DNA of 64,000 nt, from contig JAJEIJ010000005.1 of the NCBI GenBank assembly GCA_022827725.1, positions 462-64,461 of the forward strand, read 5' to 3'. Source of the stretch: Acidimicrobiia bacterium (GTDB lineage: Bacteria > Actinomycetota > Acidimicrobiia > Acidimicrobiales > Bin134). Below the pieces are notes generated by a model. That model was not told where the DNA came from. It worked only from the letters and a program-made list of their open reading frames with translations, and searched no databases. Shown here piece by piece: positions 49,067 through 58,631 of this stretch. Every line of letters begins with the position of its first letter. The first letter of the stretch is position 1. The translations under genes and the position numbers were made by a program.

Positions 49067-50162
49067 ACCGCACCTCGAAGATGGTGGGCCAGCGCTTGCC
49101 GGTGATGAGGAACGTCCCGGTGTCGGGTCGATAGGCGATGCCGTTGAGAACATCGTTGCTGTCGGTCAACGCCGGGTGGGGGTTGATGATCCCGGCCATG
49201 TCGGCCTCGGCGATGACCGCGCCGGTGTCGGGGTCGATCACCACGATGCGATCGGTGAGCCAGACGTTGGCCCACACGTCGTCACCGACGCACTCCAGTT
49301 CATTGAGCCGGTTCACCGGGCTGCCGTCGGCCCGGGTGACCAGAACCGTGCCCATCACCTGGAACGTGGTGGGGTGGCGGAAGCTGAGCGTGTTCGACCC
49401 GTCGCTCATCACCAGCCGGTCGCCGTCGTGGCACAACCCCCAGCCCTCGCCGGAGTAATTGAAGCTGCCGGATTGCTCGAGCGTGTCCCGGTGGTGGACC
49501 GTGGCTGTGCCAGCCTGCCAAGTAAGCCAGATGAGCTGTTCGCCAACCAGGGTCAGGCCCTCCCCGAAGTGCTGGGGATCGGCCGCGGTCTCCTGAAGCA
49601 CACGACCAGTGGGCAAATCCACGATGCGCAGCACCGATTCCCCTCGTAGCCCGGTGCTCTCATACAGCAGGCCGTCGGACCAAAGCAGCCCTTGAGTGAA
49701 CGCTGAGGTGTCGTGGGGATGGGTGGCAACCACCTGGTAGGTGAGTGTTCCCGACCAAGTGGGGGACTGTGTAGGGGCCGCGGAGGGTTCCGCAGTTGCG
49801 GGGACGGTGCGCTCTGGGATTGGGGTCGAAGGTTGGTCGGTTGGCCCGGCGGTGGGTTGAACGTCTGTGGGTTGGGAGGTGGGACTTGCGGGGGGTGATG
49901 TGCTGACCGGGGTGGGAGAGGGGGGCGGGGACTCAGGGGCGGGGGTGCGCTCAGCGGTGGGTGACGCAGTGGTTGGCTCCGCAGAGTGGTCAGCTGTCGA
50001 TTGGGCCGTGGGAGCAGTCGAAGTAGGTGCCTCGGCTGATGATGTGGCCACCGGGATTGTCGGGGACGGAGGCGCGTCGGAGCCGCAGGCGGCCAACAGA
50101 GCCATGGCAGCCAGCAGCCAGAATGCGATGCTCAGGGTGCGACTAAGAGACAGAGCCGCCAT
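49059..50162 (-). CDS. Glutaminyl-peptide cyclotransferase lipoprotein with P/T/S linker
   Basis: LAAC lipobox, HDTSAFTQGL, YESTG, FGEG, EGWG, LNELE, VLNGIA, TGKRW. Confidence 0.9.
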   Translation of the reverse strand: MAALSLSRTLSIAFWLLAAMALLAACGSDAPPSPTIPVATSSAEAPTSTAPTAQSTADHSAEPTTASPTAERTPAPESPPPSPTPVSTSPPASPTSQPTDVQPTAGPTDQPSTPIPERTVPATAEPSAAPTQSPTWSGTLTYQVVATHPHDTSAFTQGLLWSDGLLYESTGLRGESVLRIVDLPTGRVLQETAADPQHFGEGLTLVGEQLIWLTWQAGTATVHHRDTLEQSGSFNYSGEGWGLCHDGDRLVMSDGSNTLSFRHPTTFQVMGTVLVTRADGSPVNRLNELECVGDDVWANVWLTDRIVVIDPDTGAVIAEADMAGIINPHPALTDSNDVLNGIAYRPDTGTFLITGKRWPTIFEVRFE

Positions 50163-50209
50163 TTTTGCTCAAATGCGCCCCTCGGTCAGAGGGGTGCCAC
50201 ACTTGGCCG

Positions 50210-51295
50210 GTGGATTTCTCCTTTTCTGAGCAGGAGCAGGCGGTTGCCGATCTGAGCCGCCAGATCTTGGGCGACTTGTCGACCCCTGAGCGGCACAAGC
50301 ATTTGGAGGCCGATGGCCTGACCCACGACGACTACGTGTGGGGGGAGTTGTGCGATGCCGGGCTGGTGGGCGTGTCGTTGCCCGAGGAGTGCGGCGGGGG
50401 TGGCTTGGGCTTTCTGGCCACCTGCCTGATGCTGGAGGAGATCGGGCGCACCACCGGCCGGGTGCCGTTTCTGGCGCCAGTGGCGGCGATGGCGGTGGCC
50501 GAGTTCGACCCCGACGAGGATCTGCTGGCGGAGATGGCCACCGGATCGGCGCTGGTGTCGCCGGCGCTGGTGGAGCCGGGCCGCGATCCCGCCGAACCCT
50601 CTGCAACAGCGGTGGCGGCCGGCGACAGCTGGACGGTGAGCGGCACCAAGGAGATGGTCCCGTTCGCCGATCAGGCCGATTGCTTCCTGGTTCCCGCATC
50701 CACGAACCACGGCGTCGGGCTGTTCTTGGTACACAATGCCGCCCCATCGGTGGAGGTTGATCCCCAGGAGGCCACGTCGGGCTTGGTCGAGGGGAAGGTG
50801 GTGCTGGTTGACGCACCGGCTGATCGGCTGGGTACCGGCGCAGAGGCGGTGGACTGGCTGGTGCAGCGTTGTACGGCCGCGCTGAGCGCGGTGGCTGTGG
50901 GGGTGGTGAGCGAAGCTCTGCGGCTGACCGCGGCCTACACCAGTGAGCGGGAGCAGTTCGGCCGTCCTATCGCCACCTTCCAGGCCGTCGGCCAGCGGGT
51001 GGGCGACGCCTACATCGACACCGAGGCCATCCGCCTCACCTCCCTGCAAGCCTGCTGGCGCTTAGACCAGGGTTTGGAGGCATCGACCGAGGTGGCCGTG
51101 GCCAAGTACTGGGCCGCTGACGGAGGCCAGCGGGTGGCCAATGCCGCCCAACACCTCCACGGCGGTATGGGCGTCGACCGCGACTACCCCCTATGGCGCT
51201 ACTACGTGTGGGCCAAGCACCTTGAGCTCTCGCTGGGCGGGTCCACTACCCAACTCCTGCGCATCGGCGAAGCCCTCGCCGCCGGCACCGCCTGA
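50210..51295 (+). CDS. Acyl-CoA dehydrogenase, FadE27-like subunit
   Basis: DFSFSEQ, REQFGRPIATFQAV, AKYWAADG, HLHGGMGVDRDYPL. Confidence 0.85.
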   Translation: MDFSFSEQEQAVADLSRQILGDLSTPERHKHLEADGLTHDDYVWGELCDAGLVGVSLPEECGGGGLGFLATCLMLEEIGRTTGRVPFLAPVAAMAVAEFDPDEDLLAEMATGSALVSPALVEPGRDPAEPSATAVAAGDSWTVSGTKEMVPFADQADCFLVPASTNHGVGLFLVHNAAPSVEVDPQEATSGLVEGKVVLVDAPADRLGTGAEAVDWLVQRCTAALSAVAVGVVSEALRLTAAYTSEREQFGRPIATFQAVGQRVGDAYIDTEAIRLTSLQACWRLDQGLEASTEVAVAKYWAADGGQRVANAAQHLHGGMGVDRDYPLWRYYVWAKHLELSLGGSTTQLLRIGEALAAGTA

Positions 51296-51330
51296 GGCCA
51301 AACGGCATTGGGGCGTTAACCTACGCCACC

Positions 51331-52596
51331 ATGAGCGATGCCAAGCGAGACGTCAGGGCCTCCGACAAGTCGTCCCTTCCCTTAGTGGTGAGGGCGATGA
51401 ACGGCTATGGCCGCACCGTTCGCCGCATCCGACCCGGCCATGGGCGGCTGGATGCCGATGCCCTGGTGAACAAGGCTCAAGAGTCGGCCAAGCTCGACGA
51501 ATTCGGCCCTGACGGCTGGCGAGAAGGGCTTGAGATCCTGGTGGACTCCATCAACGACGAAGGAAATCTGAGCCAGTTGGGCCGGATGATCCTGGGAGGT
51601 CTGATCGACTCCACGCTTCAGATGCGGCTGCGGGTGGTGGACTGGGTCAACCAGCATCCCGAGGTGGCTAAAGAGCAGGTCACCGCCCCGATTGTGGTAA
51701 CCGGCCTGCCTCGCACTGGCACCACCTTGCTCAGCAATCTGCTGGATCTCGACCCACAGAACCGGTCGCTGTTGGGCTGGGAGGGCGGGGTAGTGGCCCC
51801 GCCGCCCACGCTCTCGAATCACCGGGAAGACCCCCGCATTGCCGAGTCGGTAAAGGGGTCGGGCCAGTTGGCCAAGCTGGCCCCCAAAGTGCAGGCCATG
51901 CATCCGATGGCGGCCACGCTGCCCACCGAGTGCGTCACGCTGCTGGGCGGCGAGTTCAAGTCGATCCACTTCGAGACCCAGGGCACGTTCAACACCTACG
52001 GGGCCTGGTTCGAGACCTGCGACATGGTGCCGGCCTATGGGTTCCATCGCCTGTGCTTGCAGGTGCTGCAATCGGGCATCCCGACCCAGCGGTGGTCGCT
52101 GAAGACTCCCGGCCACATGTGGCACCTGGATGCGTTGTACGCCGTGTATCCCGACGCCCGGGTGGTATGGACCCATCGCGACCCCCTGAAGGTGGTCGGC
52201 TCAGTAGCCAGCCTCAACTGCACCCTCCACGCCACCAACACCGACAAGGTGGACTTCGACGCCGTGGGACATATCTGGAGAGACAAGTGCCTCCACGGCA
52301 TCAAGGCCGGCACCGAGTTCCGGGACCGCCGGGGCCCAGACGACACCGTGTTCGATCTCCAATACGCCGAGCTGATGGACGACCCGGTCGGCTCAGTAGA
52401 GCGCATCTACCGACACTTCAACATGGAGCTCGGCGATCTAGGCCGACGCAGAATGGCCGCCTGGATGGAAGAAAACCCCCAAGACCGCTTCGGCCGCCAC
52501 CGCTACACCCTGGATCAGTTCGGCCTATCAGCCGAAGAAGTCCGCGAGCAGTTCGCCGACTACACCGAGCGCTACGAAGTCCCCTCTGAAGGGTGA
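51331..52596 (+). CDS. Sulfotransferase (Sulfotransfer_3 family)
   Basis: 5'-PSB GLPRTGTT, WSLKTPGH, 3'-PB THRDP...S, HRYTL..FGL. Confidence 0.88.
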   Translation: MSDAKRDVRASDKSSLPLVVRAMNGYGRTVRRIRPGHGRLDADALVNKAQESAKLDEFGPDGWREGLEILVDSINDEGNLSQLGRMILGGLIDSTLQMRLRVVDWVNQHPEVAKEQVTAPIVVTGLPRTGTTLLSNLLDLDPQNRSLLGWEGGVVAPPPTLSNHREDPRIAESVKGSGQLAKLAPKVQAMHPMAATLPTECVTLLGGEFKSIHFETQGTFNTYGAWFETCDMVPAYGFHRLCLQVLQSGIPTQRWSLKTPGHMWHLDALYAVYPDARVVWTHRDPLKVVGSVASLNCTLHATNTDKVDFDAVGHIWRDKCLHGIKAGTEFRDRRGPDDTVFDLQYAELMDDPVGSVERIYRHFNMELGDLGRRRMAAWMEENPQDRFGRHRYTLDQFGLSAEEVREQFADYTERYEVPSEG

Positions 52597-52615
52597 TTCT
52601 GCGCTGACTTTGTTC

Positions 52616-52645
52616 TGTCATACATAGTACACTTGATGTATGACA
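52616..52645. promoter_or_regulatory. mazEF operator and leaderless promoter
   Basis: Perfect inverted repeat TGTCATACAT-N10-ATGTATGACA enclosing -10 TACACT and overlapping the ATG at 52640. Confidence 0.75.
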
Positions 52646-52891
52646 ATGCTGAGTTTTCGGGTGGAGCCTGAGGTGGCGGAGAAGGTGCGGGAGATGGCGG
52701 TGTCCCTGGGAATCCCGCAATCCGAAATGATGCGGGAGGCGCTGCGCCGTCACCTCAACAAGTTGGCGGCCCAGCATGATGCCTTCGTCTACGAGGAGAA
52801 TCCGCTGACCTCTGAGGAACTGGCCTTCACCTCGGTGGAGCGCTGGACACCTGCTGAAGACTGGTCGGAATGGGCCGATGCAGCGGGGTGA
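52640..52891 (+). CDS. RHH antitoxin (MazE-type)
   Basis: MLSFRV...QSEMMREALRRHL...PAEDWSEW. Confidence 0.85.
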   Translation: MTMLSFRVEPEVAEKVREMAVSLGIPQSEMMREALRRHLNKLAAQHDAFVYEENPLTSEELAFTSVERWTPAEDWSEWADAAG

Positions 52892-53186
52892 GATCTGGTT
52901 TGCCGACGCCCCAGGGGGCGATCGTCCGGTGCTTGTGCTCACCCGCGATCCCGTTGCCGATCGCATTGGCTCCGTGGTTGTTGCCACGCTCACCCGCACC
53001 CGCCGAGGCTTGTCTTCGGAGCTGCCCCTCACTGTGGCAGATGACGATGTTCCCACCGACAGCGTCATCAACTTCGACACCATCCACACCCTTCCCCGCC
53101 AGGCGTTCCGGCGCAGGGTGGTCAAGCTCAGCCCGGCACGCATTGAAGAAGCCTGCCTAGTCATGAGGGCCGCCACCGGCTGCTAG
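52878..53186 (+). CDS. mazF: PemK/MazF toxin
   Basis: MQRGEIWFA...RPVLVLTRD...INFD. Confidence 0.88.
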   Translation: MQRGEIWFADAPGGDRPVLVLTRDPVADRIGSVVVATLTRTRRGLSSELPLTVADDDVPTDSVINFDTIHTLPRQAFRRRVVKLSPARIEEACLVMRAATGC

Positions 53187-53246
53187 CGGCCTGTATAGAC
53201 ATACAAGAGGCATGGGGAGCATTGGCTCGGCTGAAATGAGGGCTTG

Positions 53247-54191
53247 ATGTCGGGGCTGTTTTCAGAGGTTGAACCATTCGAGGCTGGCCATTTGGATGTC
53301 GGCGATGGCAACAGCGTCTATTGGGAGATCTGTGGCAACCCGGAGGGGAAGCCAGCGCTGGTACTGCACGGCGGGCCGGGGAGCGGCTGCACCCCCACCC
53401 ATCGGCGGTTCTTCGACCCTTCCGTCTACAGGATCGTGCTGTTCGATCAGCGAGGGGCGGGCCGCAGCACTCCGCATGCCGGTGACATCGCCACGAGCCT
53501 TGAGCACAACACGACTGATCACTTAGTGCGGGACATAGAGGGGCTTCGGTCTCTTCTGGGCATCGACCGGTGGCTCGTGTTCGGCAACAGCTGGGGGTCG
53601 ACGCTAGGACTCGTATATGGCCAGCGGCACCCCGAGCGGGTGTCAGAGATTGTGTTGCTGGCAGTGACCACTTCTGATCCAGATGAGATCCACTGGCTGT
53701 ACCACGGCACCCGCCGCCTCTTCCCGGAAGCCTGGGAGCGGTTTCGGGCCGGTGCAGGGGTCAGCGGCCGAGATGACAATCTCGTTGCCGCGTACTACCG
53801 CTTGCTCAATAGCCCCGATCTCAGCGTTCGCGAGCAAGCTGCTGCGGAGTGGTGTCGGTGGGAGGACGCAGTGGTTTCAAGTGCCGAGCCGAACCCCCGC
53901 TACGACGACCCTCGATTCCGTATGGGGTTCGCCCGCATCGTCACTCACTACTTCCACCATGGGGCCTGGTTAGAACCCCGCCAGATCATCCGTAACGTTC
54001 ACCGCCTGCACGGCATTCCAGCGATATTGATCCACGGCCGGCTCGACCACAGCACCCCGATCGCCACTGCCCAGGAGCTTGCCAACGCCTGGTCCGACAG
54101 CGAACTCATCGTCGTTGACGCCGGTCACCTCGCCAGTGGGCCTGCCATGGTCCAGGCGACCGTCAATGCCACGAACTATTTCGGTCGCTAA
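53247..54191 (+). CDS. pip: Prolyl aminopeptidase
   Basis: GNPEG, LHGGPGSG, DQRGAGRS, GNSWG, HYF, HGRLD. Confidence 0.9.
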   Translation: MSGLFSEVEPFEAGHLDVGDGNSVYWEICGNPEGKPALVLHGGPGSGCTPTHRRFFDPSVYRIVLFDQRGAGRSTPHAGDIATSLEHNTTDHLVRDIEGLRSLLGIDRWLVFGNSWGSTLGLVYGQRHPERVSEIVLLAVTTSDPDEIHWLYHGTRRLFPEAWERFRAGAGVSGRDDNLVAAYYRLLNSPDLSVREQAAAEWCRWEDAVVSSAEPNPRYDDPRFRMGFARIVTHYFHHGAWLEPRQIIRNVHRLHGIPAILIHGRLDHSTPIATAQELANAWSDSELIVVDAGHLASGPAMVQATVNATNYFGR

Positions 54192-54238
54192 TGAATCATA
54201 ACAACTCTCAGAACTTGATAGCCACGATTGATGAAATG

Positions 54239-55369
54239 CTATAACTGGGAAGTAGCAGAAATTTCAATTTCCAGATCAGGAAATTTTACTTTGAATTGAT
54301 TGGCAGCGTTTACTGCATCTTCAATTCTCCACTGATTAGAGAAGATGTATGTTCCCTCTTCCTCGTGGAAGATCTCATCGTCCTCGTGAAAGAAGCGCTT
54401 ATATGGCTGATGGGCGAGCGTGTCGTCACGTAGTCGATCTTTGATATCTTCAGATACTAGACACTCTCCTTCAAAGTGCGTTCCTCCCAAGATTGATTTC
54501 ATTTCGGCACGACTGATCGCCTCGTCCTTTTTTGCGAATTCCAAGAGTTTACGTATTATGTCTCGACGATTTAAACTAGTGAAACGTTGACCTGATATCT
54601 GAAGGTCATATTTTGGGCGAGTTTTCTTTTGTTCTCTGGATCGTTTTTCACCCTGTTCTTTGATTCTACGTGCCACCTGGTAGTCTGACGTTTCTGGAAG
54701 AGGAATAATTGTTTGAATATCCAAGAAGACTTTGTCGTTTTCGGGGCTAAGAGAATCAGATGCGCCATACCGGTATGGGTGTAACCGCACACAACGAATG
54801 TCCAATCCATTATCGTTGAGCCATATCACTGACGTAGTAAGTTCAGGAGAGAAGTCGGCAGATGCCAAGACTATTTTCATTTGTTGGCCAAACTCTTCTT
54901 CGTTTGATTCGTCCCAGTCTAGGTGTGCCAAGAGCCTTTGTTTAGCATCATCCATAAGATCAAAATCGGATTCAATTACTTGTTCAGCCTTCTGTTTCTT
55001 GAGATACTCTCCATATATCTCCACCGTGTCATCGAACGTGACCGTGGCCATCATGGCGGCATAGCGGATGGCCTGCAATTCTGCATCGCCTCCTTCTTCT
55101 GTTCGCTTAAGTTCGATAATCACGATGTTGGCACTCTTGTCAACTCCTAGGAGATCAATTCGCCGATTGCTCCCCTTGAGTCGCCCAATACCATATTCCT
55201 CTGAAATTATGAGGGTGCCAGGGGCAATCTCCTCGATGGCGCTGGGACAGGACGCCAACGCAGGTTGTAAGTCTTTAGTCTCTTTCACCCCACAATCCGC
55301 AAACTTGCGGCGGATTAATGGAGTCACGACCTTCGCATCACCATTTTGTTCCAACTTATATATTGCCAT
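54239..55369 (-). CDS. NucS-like PD-(D/E)xK endonuclease-domain protein, low GC
   Basis: E..LQ, RRIDLLGVD...IIELKR, LQAIRYA. Markedly AT-rich relative to its flanks. Confidence 0.75.
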   Translation of the reverse strand: MAIYKLEQNGDAKVVTPLIRRKFADCGVKETKDLQPALASCPSAIEEIAPGTLIISEEYGIGRLKGSNRRIDLLGVDKSANIVIIELKRTEEGGDAELQAIRYAAMMATVTFDDTVEIYGEYLKKQKAEQVIESDFDLMDDAKQRLLAHLDWDESNEEEFGQQMKIVLASADFSPELTTSVIWLNDNGLDIRCVRLHPYRYGASDSLSPENDKVFLDIQTIIPLPETSDYQVARRIKEQGEKRSREQKKTRPKYDLQISGQRFTSLNRRDIIRKLLEFAKKDEAISRAEMKSILGGTHFEGECLVSEDIKDRLRDDTLAHQPYKRFFHEDDEIFHEEEGTYIFSNQWRIEDAVNAANQFKVKFPDLEIEISATSQL

Positions 55370-55428
55370 TTGTCTATCCTTGGTTGCTGGCCCCGAAAGA
55401 TGAATTGATCCAAATAACTCTCGGTGGC

Positions 55429-56403
55429 TCAGAGGTGGGGGAGGACCTCGGTTTCGAAGAGTCTTAGGTTTTCCCAGGATAGGGCGGGGTCTAGGCCGCC
55501 CATTAGGGGGTGGAACATTAGGGCGTCGAAGTCGCCCATGGACTGGATCATCTCGATGGCCTCGGCGGGGGAGATGAGGTGGTGCATGCCCATGGCTCGG
55601 AGGGCATCGGCGTCGTTCACGGGCTCGTAGCCGGTGGCGGCGCCGGACTCTGCGGCCCATTGGCCGTAGGCGTTCATCTCGTGGAGGGCGTGGGGGGCGA
55701 CTTGGGCCCAGGTGGCGTCGGGGTCGTGGGTGATGTGCAGGTAGCCGATGCCGCCGGAGGTGGCCGGGCCGGGGTCGTCACCGCCGAGCTTGATCACCTC
55801 GTCTCGGTAGAAATCCCAGAACTCGGGCATGGTGGGCAAAAATCCATCGGCGATGCGGGCCGCCCGGCGGGCCGCCGGCTCGCCGCTGCCGCCCAGCCAG
55901 ATGGCCGGCCGGGGATTCTGATACGGGGTGGGGGTCACCCGCACGGTGCGGCCCCGGAACTCGAACGGCTCGCCGGTCCACGCCGCCTTGAGGGTCTCCA
56001 CCATCTCCACGGTCAAGCGCACCCGGTCGCCCGTCGTATAGCCGAACATCTCGAACTCCGAGGGCACATACCCCCCGGCCACCGTCACGCTGATGCGGCC
56101 CTTGCTGATCCGGTCCAACACGGCCAGGTCTTCGGCGATCCGCAGCGGGTCGTGCATCGGGGCGATGAGCGCGGCCAGCATGATGTGGATGTTCTCGGTG
56201 CGAGCGGCGATGGCCGAGGCCAGCGCCACCAGCGAGGGCAGGTAGCCGTCGTCGGAGCCGTGGTGCTCCGACAGCGTGACCGACACGAAGCCCAAGTCTT
56301 CGGCCCACACCGCCTGCTCAATGGCGGCGTGGTACAGCTCCTCCACCGGCACCGGGCAGATGTCCGGGCAGCGGAAGTCGTAGCGGATGTTGAGCAGGGC
56401 CAT
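55429..56403 (-). CDS. LLM-class flavin-dependent oxidoreductase
   Basis: LSEHHGSDDGYLPS, PLRIAEDLAVLD. Confidence 0.88.
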   Translation of the reverse strand: MALLNIRYDFRCPDICPVPVEELYHAAIEQAVWAEDLGFVSVTLSEHHGSDDGYLPSLVALASAIAARTENIHIMLAALIAPMHDPLRIAEDLAVLDRISKGRISVTVAGGYVPSEFEMFGYTTGDRVRLTVEMVETLKAAWTGEPFEFRGRTVRVTPTPYQNPRPAIWLGGSGEPAARRAARIADGFLPTMPEFWDFYRDEVIKLGGDDPGPATSGGIGYLHITHDPDATWAQVAPHALHEMNAYGQWAAESGAATGYEPVNDADALRAMGMHHLISPAEAIEMIQSMGDFDALMFHPLMGGLDPALSWENLRLFETEVLPHL

Positions 56404-56426
56404 GGCCGCCTCCAGTCAGTAATCGA

Positions 56427-57539
56427 CTAGCTCTTCTTGAACTCCGGGATCACGTATTTGCCCATGAGCTCGATGGAGGTCATCACATCCTCATGGGCCA
56501 TCTTGTACGGGTTGAACAGGCAGAACAAAAGGTCGCAGCCCACCGCCTCGTAGCGCTTGGCGATCTCCACGCACCGGTCGGGGTCGCCAATCACCGCGGC
56601 GCCCGACTCCCAGATGTAGTCCATGGTGATCTGGCCCAACAGGCCCTCGTCGCGGCTCTTGGCCGCATCGCCGGTGTACTCGTAGGTGCCCAGCTCGGCT
56701 ACCTCCAGGTCGGCCAGGTAGTCGGCCACCGAGGCGATGAGCCCGCCCCCGTAGCCCGGATACCACACGAACGACTCCTCGGCGGCGGCCCGGGCCTTCT
56801 CGTTGGTCTCGTTGCAGTGCACCATGGTGAAGGTGGCGGCCCGCTCGTTGCGGAACGCGCCCACCGGCTCGTCGCAGTCGGCGTGGCCCTTGCGGAAGGC
56901 CTCGAGCCGCTCGGCCAGGTCCTCGGGCGGCTGGCCCACGGTGAACGAGCACAGCCCGATGCCCCGCTTGCCGATCTCGTAGTGGCCGGGCACCGAACTG
57001 GTGGCCCCCCAGATGGGCGGGTGCGGATCCTGGCGGGGCTTGGGCAGCACCCGGCGCTTGGGCATCGACCAGTAGTCGCCCTCGAACTCGTACTCGTCGT
57101 TGGTCCAGCAGCCCACGATGTGGCGCAGCGCCTCGTCCCACTGGGCCCGGGTCTCGTCGGGGTGGATGTTGAAGCCCTCCAGCTCGGCCCGGGTGGACGA
57201 GCGGCCGGTGCCGAACTCCACCCGCCCGTTGCTGATGAGGTCGAGCACCGCCACCGACTCCGCTGTGCGCACCGGGTGGTTGTAGGGCTTGGGCAGAAGC
57301 CGCACGCCGTAGCCGATCCGCAGGTTCTCGGTGAGCGCCGCTATGTGGCCGTACAGCACCTCGGGGTTGGAGCAGTGGGAGTACTCCTCCAAGAAGTGGT
57401 GCTCCACCGTCCAGAACGAGTGGAAGCCCATCTTGTCGCCCAGAACGGCTTGTTCGATGGTGTTCTGGTAGGCGTTGTACTCACTCTCACGAGTCCAGGG
57501 CCGAGCCACCGGAATCTCGTAGAACATCGCAAACTCCAT
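56427..57539 (-). CDS. LLM-class flavin-dependent oxidoreductase
   Basis: WTVEHHFLEEYSH, HPVRTAE, GRVEFGTGR, PKPRQDPHPP. Confidence 0.9.
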   Translation of the reverse strand: MEFAMFYEIPVARPWTRESEYNAYQNTIEQAVLGDKMGFHSFWTVEHHFLEEYSHCSNPEVLYGHIAALTENLRIGYGVRLLPKPYNHPVRTAESVAVLDLISNGRVEFGTGRSSTRAELEGFNIHPDETRAQWDEALRHIVGCWTNDEYEFEGDYWSMPKRRVLPKPRQDPHPPIWGATSSVPGHYEIGKRGIGLCSFTVGQPPEDLAERLEAFRKGHADCDEPVGAFRNERAATFTMVHCNETNEKARAAAEESFVWYPGYGGGLIASVADYLADLEVAELGTYEYTGDAAKSRDEGLLGQITMDYIWESGAAVIGDPDRCVEIAKRYEAVGCDLLFCLFNPYKMAHEDVMTSIELMGKYVIPEFKKS

Positions 57540-57632
57540 GCCAATCCCCTTGTGTGTGCGGCGCAGTTCCGAGGCCGATGGTAAACGGCGCGACCCCAAG
57601 CAGGCGCATTGGGCTCGGTTAGTGTGCGGGCC

Positions 57633-58568
57633 ATGGCACTAGATCCGGCCGCCAAGGCCGTCATGGACATGATGGAAGAAAACGGCGTGAGCTTTGCGGG
57701 CATCGCTTCGATGACCGCGGTGGAGCTGCGCAACCGCATGCAGCTCGGCGACATGCCGGTGGAGGATGTGGCCCGCACCGAAGACAGGGTGATCGCCGGC
57801 CCCGACGGCACCGACCTGCCCATCCGCATCTACTGGGCCGAGGTCACCGATGAGGCCCGACCGGTGGTGGTGTTCTTCCACGGCGGGGGCTGGGTGATCG
57901 GCGGCATCGACAGCCACGACGGCCAGGTGCGAGAGATGGTGAATCGCACCGGAATGGTGTTCGTGTCGGTGGACTACCGCCTCGCCCCTGAGGCCAAGTT
58001 CCCCGCCGCCGCCGAGGACTGCTACGCCGCCACCCAGTGGGTGGCCCAGAACGCGGCCGACATCGGCGCCGATGCCGCCCGGCTGGGGGTGGCCGGCGAC
58101 AGCGCCGGGGGCAACCTGGCCGCAGTGGTGGCCCAGATGGCCCGAGACCGGGGCGGCCCGGCCATCGCCCATCAGCTGCTCGTGTATCCGTGCTGCGACA
58201 TGGACTCCAATGCCTGGCCGTCGCAGACCGAGAACGGCTTCGACTATTTCCTCACCAAGGAGTCGATGGACTGGTTCTACGACCAGTACGCCGATGTGGC
58301 CGACCGCGACAACCCCTATGCCTCGCCCATCAAGGCCGAAAGCCTCAGCGGTCTGCCCCCGGCGTGTGTGATCACCGCCGAGTACGACCCGCTGCGCGAC
58401 GAGGGCGAGGCCTATGGGGCCGCGCTCCAAGAGGCCGGGGTGGCGTGTGAGGTGTACCGCTACGACGGCATGTTCCACGGCTTTTTCGGCATGACCCTGG
58501 CCATCCCCGGCGCGGTGGCCGCCCAGGAGACCGCGGCCGCCGCGGTGACCGCCGCGCTGTCGGCTTGA
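57633..58568 (+). CDS. HSL-family esterase/lipase
   Basis: HGGGW, DYRLAPE, GDSAGG, DPLRDEG, HGF. Confidence 0.92.
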   Translation: MALDPAAKAVMDMMEENGVSFAGIASMTAVELRNRMQLGDMPVEDVARTEDRVIAGPDGTDLPIRIYWAEVTDEARPVVVFFHGGGWVIGGIDSHDGQVREMVNRTGMVFVSVDYRLAPEAKFPAAAEDCYAATQWVAQNAADIGADAARLGVAGDSAGGNLAAVVAQMARDRGGPAIAHQLLVYPCCDMDSNAWPSQTENGFDYFLTKESMDWFYDQYADVADRDNPYASPIKAESLSGLPPACVITAEYDPLRDEGEAYGAALQEAGVACEVYRYDGMFHGFFGMTLAIPGAVAAQETAAAAVTAALSA

Positions 58569-58631
58569 GCTCGGCGTGACGCCCTGAGCACCGCCGCGGT
58601 CGGCTACGACGACCGCTACCGGTTCCGCCTG

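Noticed and set aside
49059-50162. Glutaminyl cyclase as part of the poly-Q transglutaminase system
   Set aside because: It is separated by tRNA, carD and other genes, it is an exported lipoprotein, and it acts on N-terminal Gln whereas the poly-Q is C-terminal.
53192-53205. TGTAT-AGAC-ATACA palindrome after mazF resembling the operator half-site
   Set aside because: Only 5-bp arms; could arise by chance.
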